From a virus (Duplodnaviria; Caudoviricetes), in IMG/VR virus record IMGVR_UViG_3300017754_001551, positions 1 to 30,710 of that record: a stretch of DNA of 30,710 nucleotides. One strand, 5' to 3'. The notes under the pieces are model-generated. The model searched no databases and was not told where the DNA came from. It saw nothing but the letters and a program-made list of their open reading frames with translations. Positions 8,855-17,810 of this stretch are shown in pieces (the first letter of the stretch is position 1; the number at the start of each line of letters is the position of its first letter). Position numbers and translations under genes: made by a program.

Positions 8855-9895
8855 ATGAGCGATTTATTCGACAGCATTTTTGGTGGTGGCCCGGATACGC
8901 CAGAGCCTCCGGACTATCAGGCGTTGGCGGCCCAGCAGGCAAACCTAAATCGTCAGTTTGCTCAGGAAGCCACGCAGGCGAACCGCCCAGGGCAGGTCAC
9001 GCCGTTTGGCTCCGTCAACTGGACGCGCGACGCCAAAGGAAACTGGACGCAGACGACCACGCTTTCGCCCGAGCAAAAGCGCCTGCTTGATGCGCAGAAC
9101 AAAGCCAGCCAGCAGATGGCGCAGAACTTTGGCTTTTTCGGCGGCAAAATCAACCAAGCCTTCAAAAATCCAATCACCGCGCGAGACCTTCCGGCATCGA
9201 TGATCAACGCTGGCGAGACCGGCCAGCAGGCGATTATGCGCCGCCTAGCGCCCGAGATTGCCCGCGACCGCGCTGCCCTACAGCAGCAGCTGGCAAACCA
9301 AGGCCTGCCCCCGGGCAGCGAGGCATACAACAACGCCATGTCGTTGCAGCAGCAGCAGGAAAACGACCTGCTTAGCCAAGCGGCGCAGGCCGGCATCAAA
9401 ATCGGACAGGACGCGCAGAACCAGCAGTTCCTGCTGAAGAACTCGATCGCCATGCAGCCTTACAACATGGCAGACGCTGCGTTTGGCCTTTACTCAAAGG
9501 CTCGTGGCGCGGCTGCGCCGACCATGCCGAGTTTCCCTAATTTCTCAACGCAGGCGCAAACGTCTGGCCCGGACTCGCTGACCGCAGGAACCAATGCGTA
9601 CAACTCGGCGCTTGGCCAGTACAACGCGCAGGTGGCGCAGGCAAACAAGAATGCGGAAAATCAGGCCAATATGGCGTTGGCCATTTATTCAATGTCCGAC
9701 GTCAGGGTAAAGGCCGATGTTCTGCGCATTGGCGAAATGCCAAGCGGTTTGCCGGTATACAAGTTCCGATATGTCTGGGACGAACCCGGCACCGAGCGCG
9801 TCGGCGTTATGGCGCAGGATGTCGTCGAGGTCATGCCTGACGCGGTCAAAATGAACGACGACGGCCTGATGATGGTCGACTACGCGAGGCTCTGA
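8855..9895 (+). CDS. Internal virion/ejection protein with C-terminal Peptidase_S74 intramolecular chaperone domain
   Basis: Gln/Ala-rich helical body (PDTPEPPDY, ANRPGQVTPFGS). The C-terminus SDVRVKAD...YKFRY...GVMAQDV...PDAV...VDY matches the S74 consensus. Confidence 0.8.
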   Translation: MSDLFDSIFGGGPDTPEPPDYQALAAQQANLNRQFAQEATQANRPGQVTPFGSVNWTRDAKGNWTQTTTLSPEQKRLLDAQNKASQQMAQNFGFFGGKINQAFKNPITARDLPASMINAGETGQQAIMRRLAPEIARDRAALQQQLANQGLPPGSEAYNNAMSLQQQQENDLLSQAAQAGIKIGQDAQNQQFLLKNSIAMQPYNMADAAFGLYSKARGAAAPTMPSFPNFSTQAQTSGPDSLTAGTNAYNSALGQYNAQVAQANKNAENQANMALAIYSMSDVRVKADVLRIGEMPSGLPVYKFRYVWDEPGTERVGVMAQDVVEVMPDAVKMNDDGLMMVDYARL

Positions 9896-9896
9896 A

Positions 9897-11453
9897 ATGG
9901 CAAATCCGTTTGTGAACTCTGCGATCAACCCGCTGCAGTTTTTTGCCCCCGATGTAGCAGCAGACGCAACGCAGCTTGCTCGTCAGCAGGCGATGGTCGA
10001 CGCCCTGCGGCAGCGGGCCACGGCAGAAGACCCAACGCAGGTTGTTTCCGGCATCGCTCTGAAAAACTCGCAGCTGGGCCGCATCGCAAGTTCGCTGCTG
10101 GCCGACTACAAGCAAAAGGACATCGACCAGAAGCAGGTCGAAATGGCGAAGCGCTATGCGGAGGCGTTGGGCGGCGCTGGTGGAGCCACCACGGGGACCG
10201 GTGGTGTCGTCGACCCGGAAACGCTGCGGCAGGCTGCAATCCTCGACGCGGTTTCGCCGGGCGCCGGAAAATCGCTCATTCAGTCGCGCATTGAACAAAG
10301 CAAACCTGTGGATGTGGTTCGCACCGCGCAGCAACTGTTCCCTAACGACCCCGTGGCTCAGCAGCAGTACCTGCAGGGCTACGCGCGAAAACAAACGGAG
10401 CTCACGCGCACGCCAGGTTCCTACGTCGTTGGCATGGACGGCGAACTGGTCGAAACCCCGATGTCTGCCGCTGACAAGCGCCGACTTGAGTTGCAGGAGC
10501 GTTCTACGGCTGCGCAGGAAAGCCGCGCCCAGACTGCGGCTCGTCAGGCTCAGCAGGCGACTGGATCTGGTGGCGGGTTTGGTGGGACTAGCATGGAGGC
10601 GCAGGCCAGCAACCGTTATCGCAATCTGTTGATAAAACAGCAGAGGGGCGAGCCGTTGACCCCCGAGGAGCAAGTCGACTTTGGTTTGGCAAAAGGCTTT
10701 TTGGAGCGCCCGCAGTTTTTCGGCAATTTAGACACGGGGGTCATGGCCGTTGACAAACGGCTTCTGCCGACTCTGCCGGCTTCCACCCTTGCCCCAATGC
10801 CTGCCGGAACGCCTGCTCAAGCCGCCGCGCCCGGCACGCCAGCCGCCGCACCAGCGGTTCCACCGGCTATTGGTGCGCCTCGAGAAGTTGTTGCGCCTAA
10901 GCCCAGAACAGAACAGCAGGTGCGGGATAAGGCGCGAGCCGAAGCCGGGCTGGCTTTGCCAAACATCGAGTCTGATGCTGCGCAGTCCATACAGCAGGTC
11001 GAGCGCATTTTGAAAGATCCAAACCTCAATTCTCTTATTGGCAATCCAGCAGGCATGCTTACCAAACGGATTCCCGGACAGCCAGCGGCAAACATCAGCG
11101 CGGCGCTTAAGCAAATCCAAGGCGGCGCATTTTTGGCCGCAATTCAGAAAATGAAGGGCTCTGGCGCTGTTAGCGAAGCAGAAGGTGCTGCAGCAACGGC
11201 AGCCATCACGCGCATGTCAGAATCGCAATCGGTGGATGAGTTCAAGGCGGCCGGTCAGGAATACATCGATATTTTGAAACGAGGCGTGGAAAACCAGCGC
11301 CGTTTAGCCGCACCGGAGAACGCGCCTGCCGCTCCCAGCACTGGAGCAAGCCCGTTGACCCCTGAAGAGCAAACAGAGTTAGAAATGCGTCGTCAGCAAA
11401 TCAAAGAATTAGAAATGCGTCGTCAGCAGTTCAATCAGACCGGGGGGCAGTGA
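9897..11453 (+). CDS. Putative internal virion (DNA ejection) protein
   Basis: 518 aa, Ala/Gln-rich, with AFLAAIQKMKGSGAVSEAEG motif; position after the tail tube genes. Confidence 0.6.
   Translation: MANPFVNSAINPLQFFAPDVAADATQLARQQAMVDALRQRATAEDPTQVVSGIALKNSQLGRIASSLLADYKQKDIDQKQVEMAKRYAEALGGAGGATTGTGGVVDPETLRQAAILDAVSPGAGKSLIQSRIEQSKPVDVVRTAQQLFPNDPVAQQQYLQGYARKQTELTRTPGSYVVGMDGELVETPMSAADKRRLELQERSTAAQESRAQTAARQAQQATGSGGGFGGTSMEAQASNRYRNLLIKQQRGEPLTPEEQVDFGLAKGFLERPQFFGNLDTGVMAVDKRLLPTLPASTLAPMPAGTPAQAAAPGTPAAAPAVPPAIGAPREVVAPKPRTEQQVRDKARAEAGLALPNIESDAAQSIQQVERILKDPNLNSLIGNPAGMLTKRIPGQPAANISAALKQIQGGAFLAAIQKMKGSGAVSEAEGAAATAAITRMSESQSVDEFKAAGQEYIDILKRGVENQRRLAAPENAPAAPSTGASPLTPEEQTELEMRRQQIKELEMRRQQFNQTGGQ
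11375..11434 (+). repeat. 30-bp tandem duplication (27/30 identical) encoding ELEMRRQQ twice
   Basis: agagttagaaatgcgtcgtcagcaaatcaa followed by agaattagaaatgcgtcgtcagcagttcaa. Confidence 0.9.
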
Positions 11454-13240
11454 TGACGCCACGGGAAGAACTTGAAACGCTTCGCCGCATCAAAGAGCTC
11501 GAGGCCAAGGCGCGCCCGACGTTTGAGCAGCGCGTAGCCGCGCAGCCGGCGATTGACCCAACGGCTGACATGTCCGTTACCGAAAAGCTGCTTGCTGGCG
11601 CCGGCAAAGGGTTTGTTGATGTCGGGCGTGGCGTGCAGCAGGTTTTCGGCGGAGACCAAGAACTGCAGGCCTTGATTGACGAACAGGCGAGGCTCGACAA
11701 GCCGTTGATGGCAACCGGGGCTGGGTTGACTGGGAACATCATTGGCGGCGCCGCAGCGCTTGCGCCAACGTTTGCGATTCCGGGTGCAGGCACGGTCGCC
11801 GGCTCAACTGCGTTGGGCGCGATCGGCGGCGGCCTCCAGCCCGTAACGTCAGACCAGAACCGAGTCACCAACATCGCGACCGGCGGCCTGTTCGGCGCTA
11901 CGGGGCAGGCACTGGGGAATCTGGCGCCTCGCGCACTGTCTGCGGTCACCGCGCCGTTTCGAGAAGGCGGACGCGCTCGAATCATTGCTGAGACCCTGCG
12001 AGAGTTTGCAACCGACCCAACTGCGATTGCGCGGGCCGCAGGCAGTCGCGTCCCGGGCGTTGAGATGACGACCGCAGAGGCAACGCGAGATCCTGGCCTT
12101 GCCATTCTGCAGCGCGTCGCTCAGTCGGAAAACCCAAGGTTTGCCGGCGACTTGGCGGCGCAGGAGCTGCAGAACATCGCGTCTGCGGCAAACGTCGTCC
12201 GAGGCATCGCGCAAACGCCGCAAGCAATGGCCGCCGCCGTAACCGCACGAGAAGCCGCCGCCGCGCCGTACTACGAGCTAGCACGTAATACGACGGTCCG
12301 CGCTGATGAAGACCTTGCGCGGCTTATGCGGCGTCCAGAAATCGCCGCAGCATTCCGGCAGGCTCAGGAAAATGCAGCCAATGCCGGTGCTGTCATTCCG
12401 GGGAATTTTTATCAACCCGCTCAGCGCGTGCCGGCCGGCTTGTCCGGGTTCAGGGAAGTTCCCGAGCAGTTCGGAGAGGTAAGCGGGGAGACGTTGCACC
12501 AGATGAAAATGGCGCTTGATGCGTCGCTATCCTCTGGCCCTCAGCGAGGCATCGCGGGAGCGAACGCCAGAGCAGCCAGATCCGCCAGAGACGATTTCCT
12601 CAGCTGGATCGAGGACAGAATCCCCGCCTATCAAACGGCCCGCGAAACATTTGCCGGGGCCAGTCGGCCAATCAACCAGATGGAAACTGGCAATGAGTTG
12701 ATTCGGAAAATGATTGGCAGCGCTCAAGAGGTCTCGGATTATGACCCTGTGCTAGTTAGCACCGAAAAGTTCGGACGTGCATTGCAAAATCTTGACGATG
12801 TGGTCAGAAGCGCGACTGGGCGCAACGAGTTATCTGCGGATGTGCTGACGCCCGCGCAACGGCAGTCTTTGCTTGACGTCAACGATTACCTTGCCAACCG
12901 CCAGTTTGTGCAAAACGCCGGTCGCGGCTCGGGCTCGAACACGGCGCAAAACCTTGCAGGCCAAAACTTCATGCGTTCGATTGCCGGTCCGCTTGGGTTG
13001 CCGTCGGGTTTCCTCGAATCGCAAGTGGCGGAAAATCTTTCCGCACTGGCGAGCCTTGGGGGCATAGCGCCCTACGAAAGAAACCTTCAGCGAGAACTGG
13101 CGGCGGCATTGCTCAATCCTCAGACGGCCTCAGGTGTTTTGCAGGCTGGCATCCCTAGTGGCGCATCGCCAGCCCTGCTTGAGGCGTACACGCGAGCCCT
13201 GGGCGCCCTTTCAGTTGGGGCCGGCACGGCGGGTCAGTAG
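11450..13240 (+). CDS. Putative large internal virion (DNA ejection) protein
   Basis: 596 aa with Gly/Ala hydrophobic stretches near the N-terminus, LHQMKMALD and GSNTAQNL motifs; last gene before the tail fibre. Confidence 0.6.
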   Translation: MMTPREELETLRRIKELEAKARPTFEQRVAAQPAIDPTADMSVTEKLLAGAGKGFVDVGRGVQQVFGGDQELQALIDEQARLDKPLMATGAGLTGNIIGGAAALAPTFAIPGAGTVAGSTALGAIGGGLQPVTSDQNRVTNIATGGLFGATGQALGNLAPRALSAVTAPFREGGRARIIAETLREFATDPTAIARAAGSRVPGVEMTTAEATRDPGLAILQRVAQSENPRFAGDLAAQELQNIASAANVVRGIAQTPQAMAAAVTAREAAAAPYYELARNTTVRADEDLARLMRRPEIAAAFRQAQENAANAGAVIPGNFYQPAQRVPAGLSGFREVPEQFGEVSGETLHQMKMALDASLSSGPQRGIAGANARAARSARDDFLSWIEDRIPAYQTARETFAGASRPINQMETGNELIRKMIGSAQEVSDYDPVLVSTEKFGRALQNLDDVVRSATGRNELSADVLTPAQRQSLLDVNDYLANRQFVQNAGRGSGSNTAQNLAGQNFMRSIAGPLGLPSGFLESQVAENLSALASLGGIAPYERNLQRELAAALLNPQTASGVLQAGIPSGASPALLEAYTRALGALSVGAGTAGQ

Positions 13241-13363
13241 GCGTTTGACGCGGCCTTCTGGGATTAACGGCAAAATGACAAACCGGGACAGCACGCCAGC
13301 GATAAAAAACAGGGCGAGCGCGACGAGCGGTTTGATCAACAACGACAACAGAAACGGCGACAT
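13211..13363 (-). CDS. Antisense small membrane protein (50 aa), not in the ORF track
   Basis: MSPFLLSLLIKPLVALALFFIAGVLSRFVILPLIPEGRVKRLLTRRAGPN; GGAG RBS 5 nt upstream of the ATG; occupies the 13241-13416 gap. Confidence 0.8.
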   Translation of the reverse strand: MSPFLLSLLIKPLVALALFFIAGVLSRFVILPLIPEGRVKRLLTRRAGPN

Positions 13364-13416
13364 GATTGCTCCAGCGATTGGCACGATCGCGCTACTTTAA
13401 CGAAGGGGATTGACCC

Positions 13417-14622
13417 ATGCCACGAAATGGATCCGGCACATACCAATTGCCAGCAGGCCAGCCAGTCGTTACTGGTACGGTCATCAGTTCGTCGACGTTC
13501 AACACGCTGACAAATGACATTTCCAATGCCCTGACGCAAAGCCTATCGAAGGACGGCCAAACCCCGGCGACCGCGAATTTGCCGATGGGCGGGTTCAAGC
13601 TAACCGGCTTGGCCAACGGCAGCGCTAGCACCGACAGCATCACCTATGGGCAGGTGCAGGGGCTCATTTCGGCCGACCGGAAAAGCCGGAACCGGATCAT
13701 TAACGGCGGGTTCAACGTCGATCAGCGTTACAACGGGTTATCGCACACGATCACCGCTGGCGCCGCCTTGGCGTATGGGGTCGACCGCTGGTATGCGTAT
13801 TCGACTGGCGCCAACGTCGCAGGGCAGCGGGGCAGCGCTTCGGGCCCAGGATTAGGCGCCTACACGATCACGGGCGCTGCGAGCGTGACCGGCGCCGGGG
13901 TAGGCCAGCGCATTGAGCGCGCCAACTCGTTTGACCTAGCCGGCTCAAGCGCCACGCTTAGCGTGTATTTGTCCAATTCGCTCCTGACGTCGGTCAGCTG
14001 GGCTCTGTACTACGCCAACACGAACGACACCTTCGGCACGCTGGCCTCGCCGACTCGAACGCTCATTTCAAACGGCACGTTCACCGTTACGCCGTCTCTT
14101 GCCCGTTACACCGCCACCGTCAGCGTGCCGGGGGCTGCCACCACTGGCCTCGAGCTCGTGCTGAGCGTCGGCGCACAGACCAGCGGTTTGTGGGTAATAG
14201 CGGGCGCGCAGCTTGAAAAGGGCACGGCGGTTTCAGACTTCGAGCAGCGGTCGATCGAGGAAACGACTGCCGAGTGTCAGCGCTATTATCAATCGACGCG
14301 CTACCTGAGCGGTTTTGACGCGCTTGTGATTACAGGCCAAGCGCTGACTACCACGCGAATTATTATTTCCGGTGTGACGTTCCCCGTCCGTATGCGCACG
14401 ACGCCAACCGTCACCGTCTATTCTGGATCGTCTGGCAGCGGCAATGGCGCCGCCGGCTCGGTCGTCGCATATAACGCGATTAGCGTCGCGGTGGGGTCGT
14501 CGTTTGTCGTGAACACCCCGCAACCGCAAGGCTTTGGAAACCGGCTCGATACGTCCGTGGGAACACCGCTGACGGTTGGTGAATGGTACAGCTTTACCTA
14601 CGTTGCAGACGCCGAGTTGTAA
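13417..14622 (+). CDS. Tail fibre / receptor-binding protein
   Basis: N-terminal anchor MPRNGSGTYQLPAG...DISNALTQSLSKDGQT..TANLPMGGFKLTGL, then an RNRIINGGF..DQR / DRW / QLEKG / CQRYY / ADAEL carbohydrate-binding-like module. Confidence 0.85.
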   Translation: MPRNGSGTYQLPAGQPVVTGTVISSSTFNTLTNDISNALTQSLSKDGQTPATANLPMGGFKLTGLANGSASTDSITYGQVQGLISADRKSRNRIINGGFNVDQRYNGLSHTITAGAALAYGVDRWYAYSTGANVAGQRGSASGPGLGAYTITGAASVTGAGVGQRIERANSFDLAGSSATLSVYLSNSLLTSVSWALYYANTNDTFGTLASPTRTLISNGTFTVTPSLARYTATVSVPGAATTGLELVLSVGAQTSGLWVIAGAQLEKGTAVSDFEQRSIEETTAECQRYYQSTRYLSGFDALVITGQALTTTRIIISGVTFPVRMRTTPTVTVYSGSSGSGNGAAGSVVAYNAISVAVGSSFVVNTPQPQGFGNRLDTSVGTPLTVGEWYSFTYVADAEL

Positions 14623-14665
14623 ACGGGAAATTCTCCTAATTAATGATGCCAAGGGTTCGCATAAA

Positions 14666-14911
14666 ATGGATGTTGTGATTGATTTTCAAGCCATCGTTAA
14701 CGCAATCCTCGGCGCGCTCGTCACCGTCATCGCTTGGCTTGCCCGCGAATTGTGGGGCGCCGTCAAAGAGCTAAAGGCCGACCTTGGCAAATTGCGGGAA
14801 GACCTGCCACGAACTTACGTCCTGAAAGAGGATTACCGCAGGGACATCTACGATATGAAGGACATGCTCGCGAAAATCTGGGACAAACTTGACGGAAAGG
14901 CTGACAAATGA
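14666..14911 (+). CDS. Single-TM plus coiled-coil lysis-associated (holin/antiholin-like) protein
   Basis: Start moved to ATG 14666; TM segment IVNAILGALVTVIAWLA; ATGA-coupled to the endolysin. Confidence 0.65.
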   Translation: MDVVIDFQAIVNAILGALVTVIAWLARELWGAVKELKADLGKLREDLPRTYVLKEDYRRDIYDMKDMLAKIWDKLDGKADK

Positions 14912-15252
14912 CCCTCGGCGAGAAACAGCGCCTGTTCACCAGGCTTATTGGGAAACTCATCGAATACGCCTATGCCAGCGGCTATGAGCTCACGTTCGGC
15001 GACGCCTACCGCAGCCCGGAGCAGGCCAAGCTCAACGCCGCCGCCGGCAAAGGCATCGTCAACAGCTTGCACTGCGAGCGGCTGGCGATAGATCTAAACC
15101 TGTTCCGAAACGGCAAATACCTGACCGATTCCGCCGACTATAAACTGCTCGGCGAATACTGGGAGTCGCTTGGGCCGGACTGCGCTTGGGGCGGGCGGTT
15201 CAGCAAACCGGACGGCAACCACTTCTCAATCAAACACGCAGGCCGCTCGTGA
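14908..15252 (+). CDS. Endolysin, M15-family metallopeptidase
   Basis: YRSPEQ, SLHCERLAIDL (SxHxxxxAxD), WGGRF and DGNHFS zinc-peptidase motifs. Confidence 0.9.
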   Translation: MTLGEKQRLFTRLIGKLIEYAYASGYELTFGDAYRSPEQAKLNAAAGKGIVNSLHCERLAIDLNLFRNGKYLTDSADYKLLGEYWESLGPDCAWGGRFSKPDGNHFSIKHAGRS

Positions 15253-15659
15253 TCGGAGACCTGATCGCTGGCCTGCTCGGCAAGGTGCTTGACCGCGCGT
15301 GGCCGGACCCCGCGCAAAAAGCCGCCGCCGCTCAGGCGATTGCGGAGCTCCAGCAGGCCGGCGAGTTCAAGCGCCTCGATGTCGAGCTCGCGCAGCTGCA
15401 GATGCAGGCCGACATCAACAAGGCCGAGGCGGCCAGTGGCGACCCGTTCGCGTCGCGCTGGCGCCCGTTCATCGGATGGATCTGCGGGGCCGCATTTGGC
15501 TGGAACTTCGTTGGTCTCCCGGTGGCTCGCCTTTTGTGCGACCTATCCGGCAATCCGATTGCGATTGCGCCGGCCGACATGTCCGAAATGATGCCCGTGC
15601 TCCTTGGCCTTCTGGGCCTCGGCGGACTGCGAACGTATGAAAAGGTGGCAAAGAAATGA
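15249..15659 (+). CDS. Holin (3TM holin of the GTA_holin_3TM type)
   Basis: GTGA coupling at 15249; INKAEAASG..F.SRWRPFIGWICG and LLGLLGLGGLRTYEK signature. Confidence 0.85.
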   Translation: MIGDLIAGLLGKVLDRAWPDPAQKAAAAQAIAELQQAGEFKRLDVELAQLQMQADINKAEAASGDPFASRWRPFIGWICGAAFGWNFVGLPVARLLCDLSGNPIAIAPADMSEMMPVLLGLLGLGGLRTYEKVAKK

Positions 15660-16129
15660 TGCTGGCCATTGCCGTTTTTGCAGCGCTGGCCGACCGGATG
15701 CGCGGCGGCTTCCCGGAGCGCCGCTTCTGGGGCCGCGACATCGTCCGCATGGCCGCCTGGTACGCCAGTGGCGCGCTGGTCGCCATGCTCATCCGCCCCG
15801 ACTGGTGGTGTCTGCTGGCCGGGATTTTGTTCGCGCAGGGCGACCGCCAGGACATGTCGGTAATGGCCGAGCTTATCCGCCCGGACGGGAAACGGCTGAA
15901 GGGATGGCTTGGCCAATTTCGCATAGGGTCCGTGTTTGCGGCCTGCACAGCGCCGATGCTGGCCGTGGATGTGGCCTACTGGCCAATGGTCGTGGCGTGC
16001 CTGCTAGCGCCTGCTGTGGGCGCTCTGGTGGCGCATCCGTTCCCGGGCAACCGATGGGCGTGGATGGAACTATGGCGCGGGTTTTTTGTGGCAGTTTTGA
16101 CGGGGGCGATCCATGCAACGCAAATTTGA
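15656..16129 (+). CDS. Hypothetical multi-pass membrane protein
   Basis: 157 aa with several hydrophobic segments and a DRMRGG motif; ATGA-coupled to the holin. Confidence 0.65.
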   Translation: MMLAIAVFAALADRMRGGFPERRFWGRDIVRMAAWYASGALVAMLIRPDWWCLLAGILFAQGDRQDMSVMAELIRPDGKRLKGWLGQFRIGSVFAACTAPMLAVDVAYWPMVVACLLAPAVGALVAHPFPGNRWAWMELWRGFFVAVLTGAIHATQI

Positions 16130-16463
16130 CTCAAACCAACTGGCGCAAGCGCTTGGCAATTTTGGCCGGATGCCGATGCAGTCGGGCATGGGGCCGACTA
16201 GGCCGACCTCCGCGCAGGCCCAGCAGCCAGAGCCGCAGCCGTATGGCCCGGTATCGTTTGAGACTGCGCTGGGCGCTTTAGGGCCGTCGATGGATAACGG
16301 GCAGGTCTACACCAACCCGCAGGCGTTTCAGGGCTACCAGAGCGCCGCAAGAGCCGTCGGGGCCATGTATGGCATGCAACCGCGAGGATATTTCACGCGG
16401 GCCACGCCAGACGCTTTTGCGCCGACCCGTCCGCTGCCGCCAGGGTTCCAAATCCGGCGCTGA
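16113..16463 (+). CDS. Hypothetical low-complexity Gln/Pro/Gly-rich protein
   Basis: 116-aa ORF filling the gap, with a GGGGG run upstream as a possible RBS. Confidence 0.55.
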   Translation: MQRKFDSNQLAQALGNFGRMPMQSGMGPTRPTSAQAQQPEPQPYGPVSFETALGALGPSMDNGQVYTNPQAFQGYQSAARAVGAMYGMQPRGYFTRATPDAFAPTRPLPPGFQIRR

Positions 16464-16489
16464 TTTTGTGAAGCTGGAGACGCTTACAA

Positions 16490-17638
16490 ATGCCGCAAAA
16501 GGCGTTGACACGAGAAGAGTGCGAAAAGGTCGTTCAGGTCGTGCGGGAATGCCTAGCTGAGGGATTCCTTTGGAACGCGCAGCCAGCGGCCATTCCCGAG
16601 GCCGCGCGACGTTTGGGGATCCAAGCCAAACAGGTTGAGCACCGCATCAAATCGGCTGCTAAACGCTTTAACATCGAAATGCCGACGCCTAGTAGCATGG
16701 CATCTATGAAAGTTACCGAGCGGCGCAAGATGTTGGATTTCGGCGATTCTCAGCGCCCACCTACGCTGCCGGATTTCCCCGATGACGACATCCCGATTGG
16801 CGAAATCATTGATTTGATGTGCCGCCGGTATGAACGCCGCGCCGAGCACAAATCGAGCAAGGCTTGGTTTCGCATCGAAATGCCTGACGATGGCCCTTTT
16901 GCCGTTATGTGGTGGGGCGACCCACACCTTGACTCAAATGGGACTAATTTCCCGCTGATCCGCGAGCACGCCGTTTTGGCGCAAACGCCGCACGTTTACT
17001 CTGTCAACATTGGTGACACGCTCGACAACTGGCCGCACGGGTCGCGGCTCATCAAACTCTATGCCGAATCTGACCAGTCGGTAGGCACCGCGCAGAAACT
17101 GGCGCGCTGGTTCATTCAATCGGCCGGCATTCGCTGGCTGGTTTGGCTGCAGGGCAACCATGACTCATGGGGCGGCCACACCACAACCGAGTTTCTGCGC
17201 GAGCTGGTCGGCAACCGGGTTGTCCTCGAAGACTGGGGCGCCAAGTTTGTCCTGGCGTGCCCTGGTGGCCATGAGTACCGCGTCTGGGCGTCGCACAACT
17301 TCCCCGGTCACTCGCAGTGGAACAGCCTGCATGGCCCACAGAAGGCAGCCTCGATGCGCGAGGAAGCTGACATTTACGTCTGCGGCCACACGCACAATTG
17401 GGCGATCCACAAAGAGGAAAACGCGCAGCGCGGGTTCACTTATTCGCTCATCCGCGCCAGAGGCTACAAGTACATTGACAGCTACGGCGAAAAGCTGGGC
17501 TATCCACCGCAGCAGCACGGCGCCAGCGTGGTGACGGTTTTTGTGCCCAAGCGAGGCCGGCATTACTCGTTTGAGCATGTCGACGACGGTTTAGAATTTA
17601 TGCAGCAATTGAGGGCGGTGTATGAGCGAAATCATTGA
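16490..17638 (+). CDS. Calcineurin-like metallophosphoesterase with N-terminal HTH-like region
   Basis: GGAG RBS. Motifs GDPH (DxH), GDTLD, GNHD, SH and GHTH in canonical order; N-terminal IPEAARRLGIQAKQVEHRI. Confidence 0.85.
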   Translation: MPQKALTREECEKVVQVVRECLAEGFLWNAQPAAIPEAARRLGIQAKQVEHRIKSAAKRFNIEMPTPSSMASMKVTERRKMLDFGDSQRPPTLPDFPDDDIPIGEIIDLMCRRYERRAEHKSSKAWFRIEMPDDGPFAVMWWGDPHLDSNGTNFPLIREHAVLAQTPHVYSVNIGDTLDNWPHGSRLIKLYAESDQSVGTAQKLARWFIQSAGIRWLVWLQGNHDSWGGHTTTEFLRELVGNRVVLEDWGAKFVLACPGGHEYRVWASHNFPGHSQWNSLHGPQKAASMREEADIYVCGHTHNWAIHKEENAQRGFTYSLIRARGYKYIDSYGEKLGYPPQQHGASVVTVFVPKRGRHYSFEHVDDGLEFMQQLRAVYERNH

Positions 17639-17810
17639 CCTCGACGCTCACCGCAGCAAACCGCCAGACCGGTGCATACTATCTTGCGCCTGTGGGTGTG
17701 GAATGTTCCGCCTGTTCGACGATGGGACGGTGGAATGCCTGAACTGCGGCGGCCTAGCGCAAAACCTGCGCGCTGATTTCAACGAGGACAACCTTTCCCC
17801 GGCATCGTGA
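17622..17810 (+). CDS. Small zinc-ribbon-like protein
   Basis: 62 aa with CACGC...ECLNCG; GAGG RBS upstream. Confidence 0.65.
   Translation: MSEIIDLDAHRSKPPDRCILSCACGCGMFRLFDDGTVECLNCGGLAQNLRADFNEDNLSPAS

Noticed and set aside
11375-11434. Possible CRISPR-like repeat
   Set aside because: Only two adjacent in-frame copies with no spacer, and no cas genes.
13394-13422. Promoter for the antisense micro-gene (TGGCAT-17-TAAAGT on the - strand)
   Set aside because: The match to the sigma70 consensus is too weak to call from sequence alone.
14280-14622. Diversity-generating retroelement target at the tail-fibre C-terminus
   Set aside because: I saw no reverse transcriptase gene and no second near-identical template copy.
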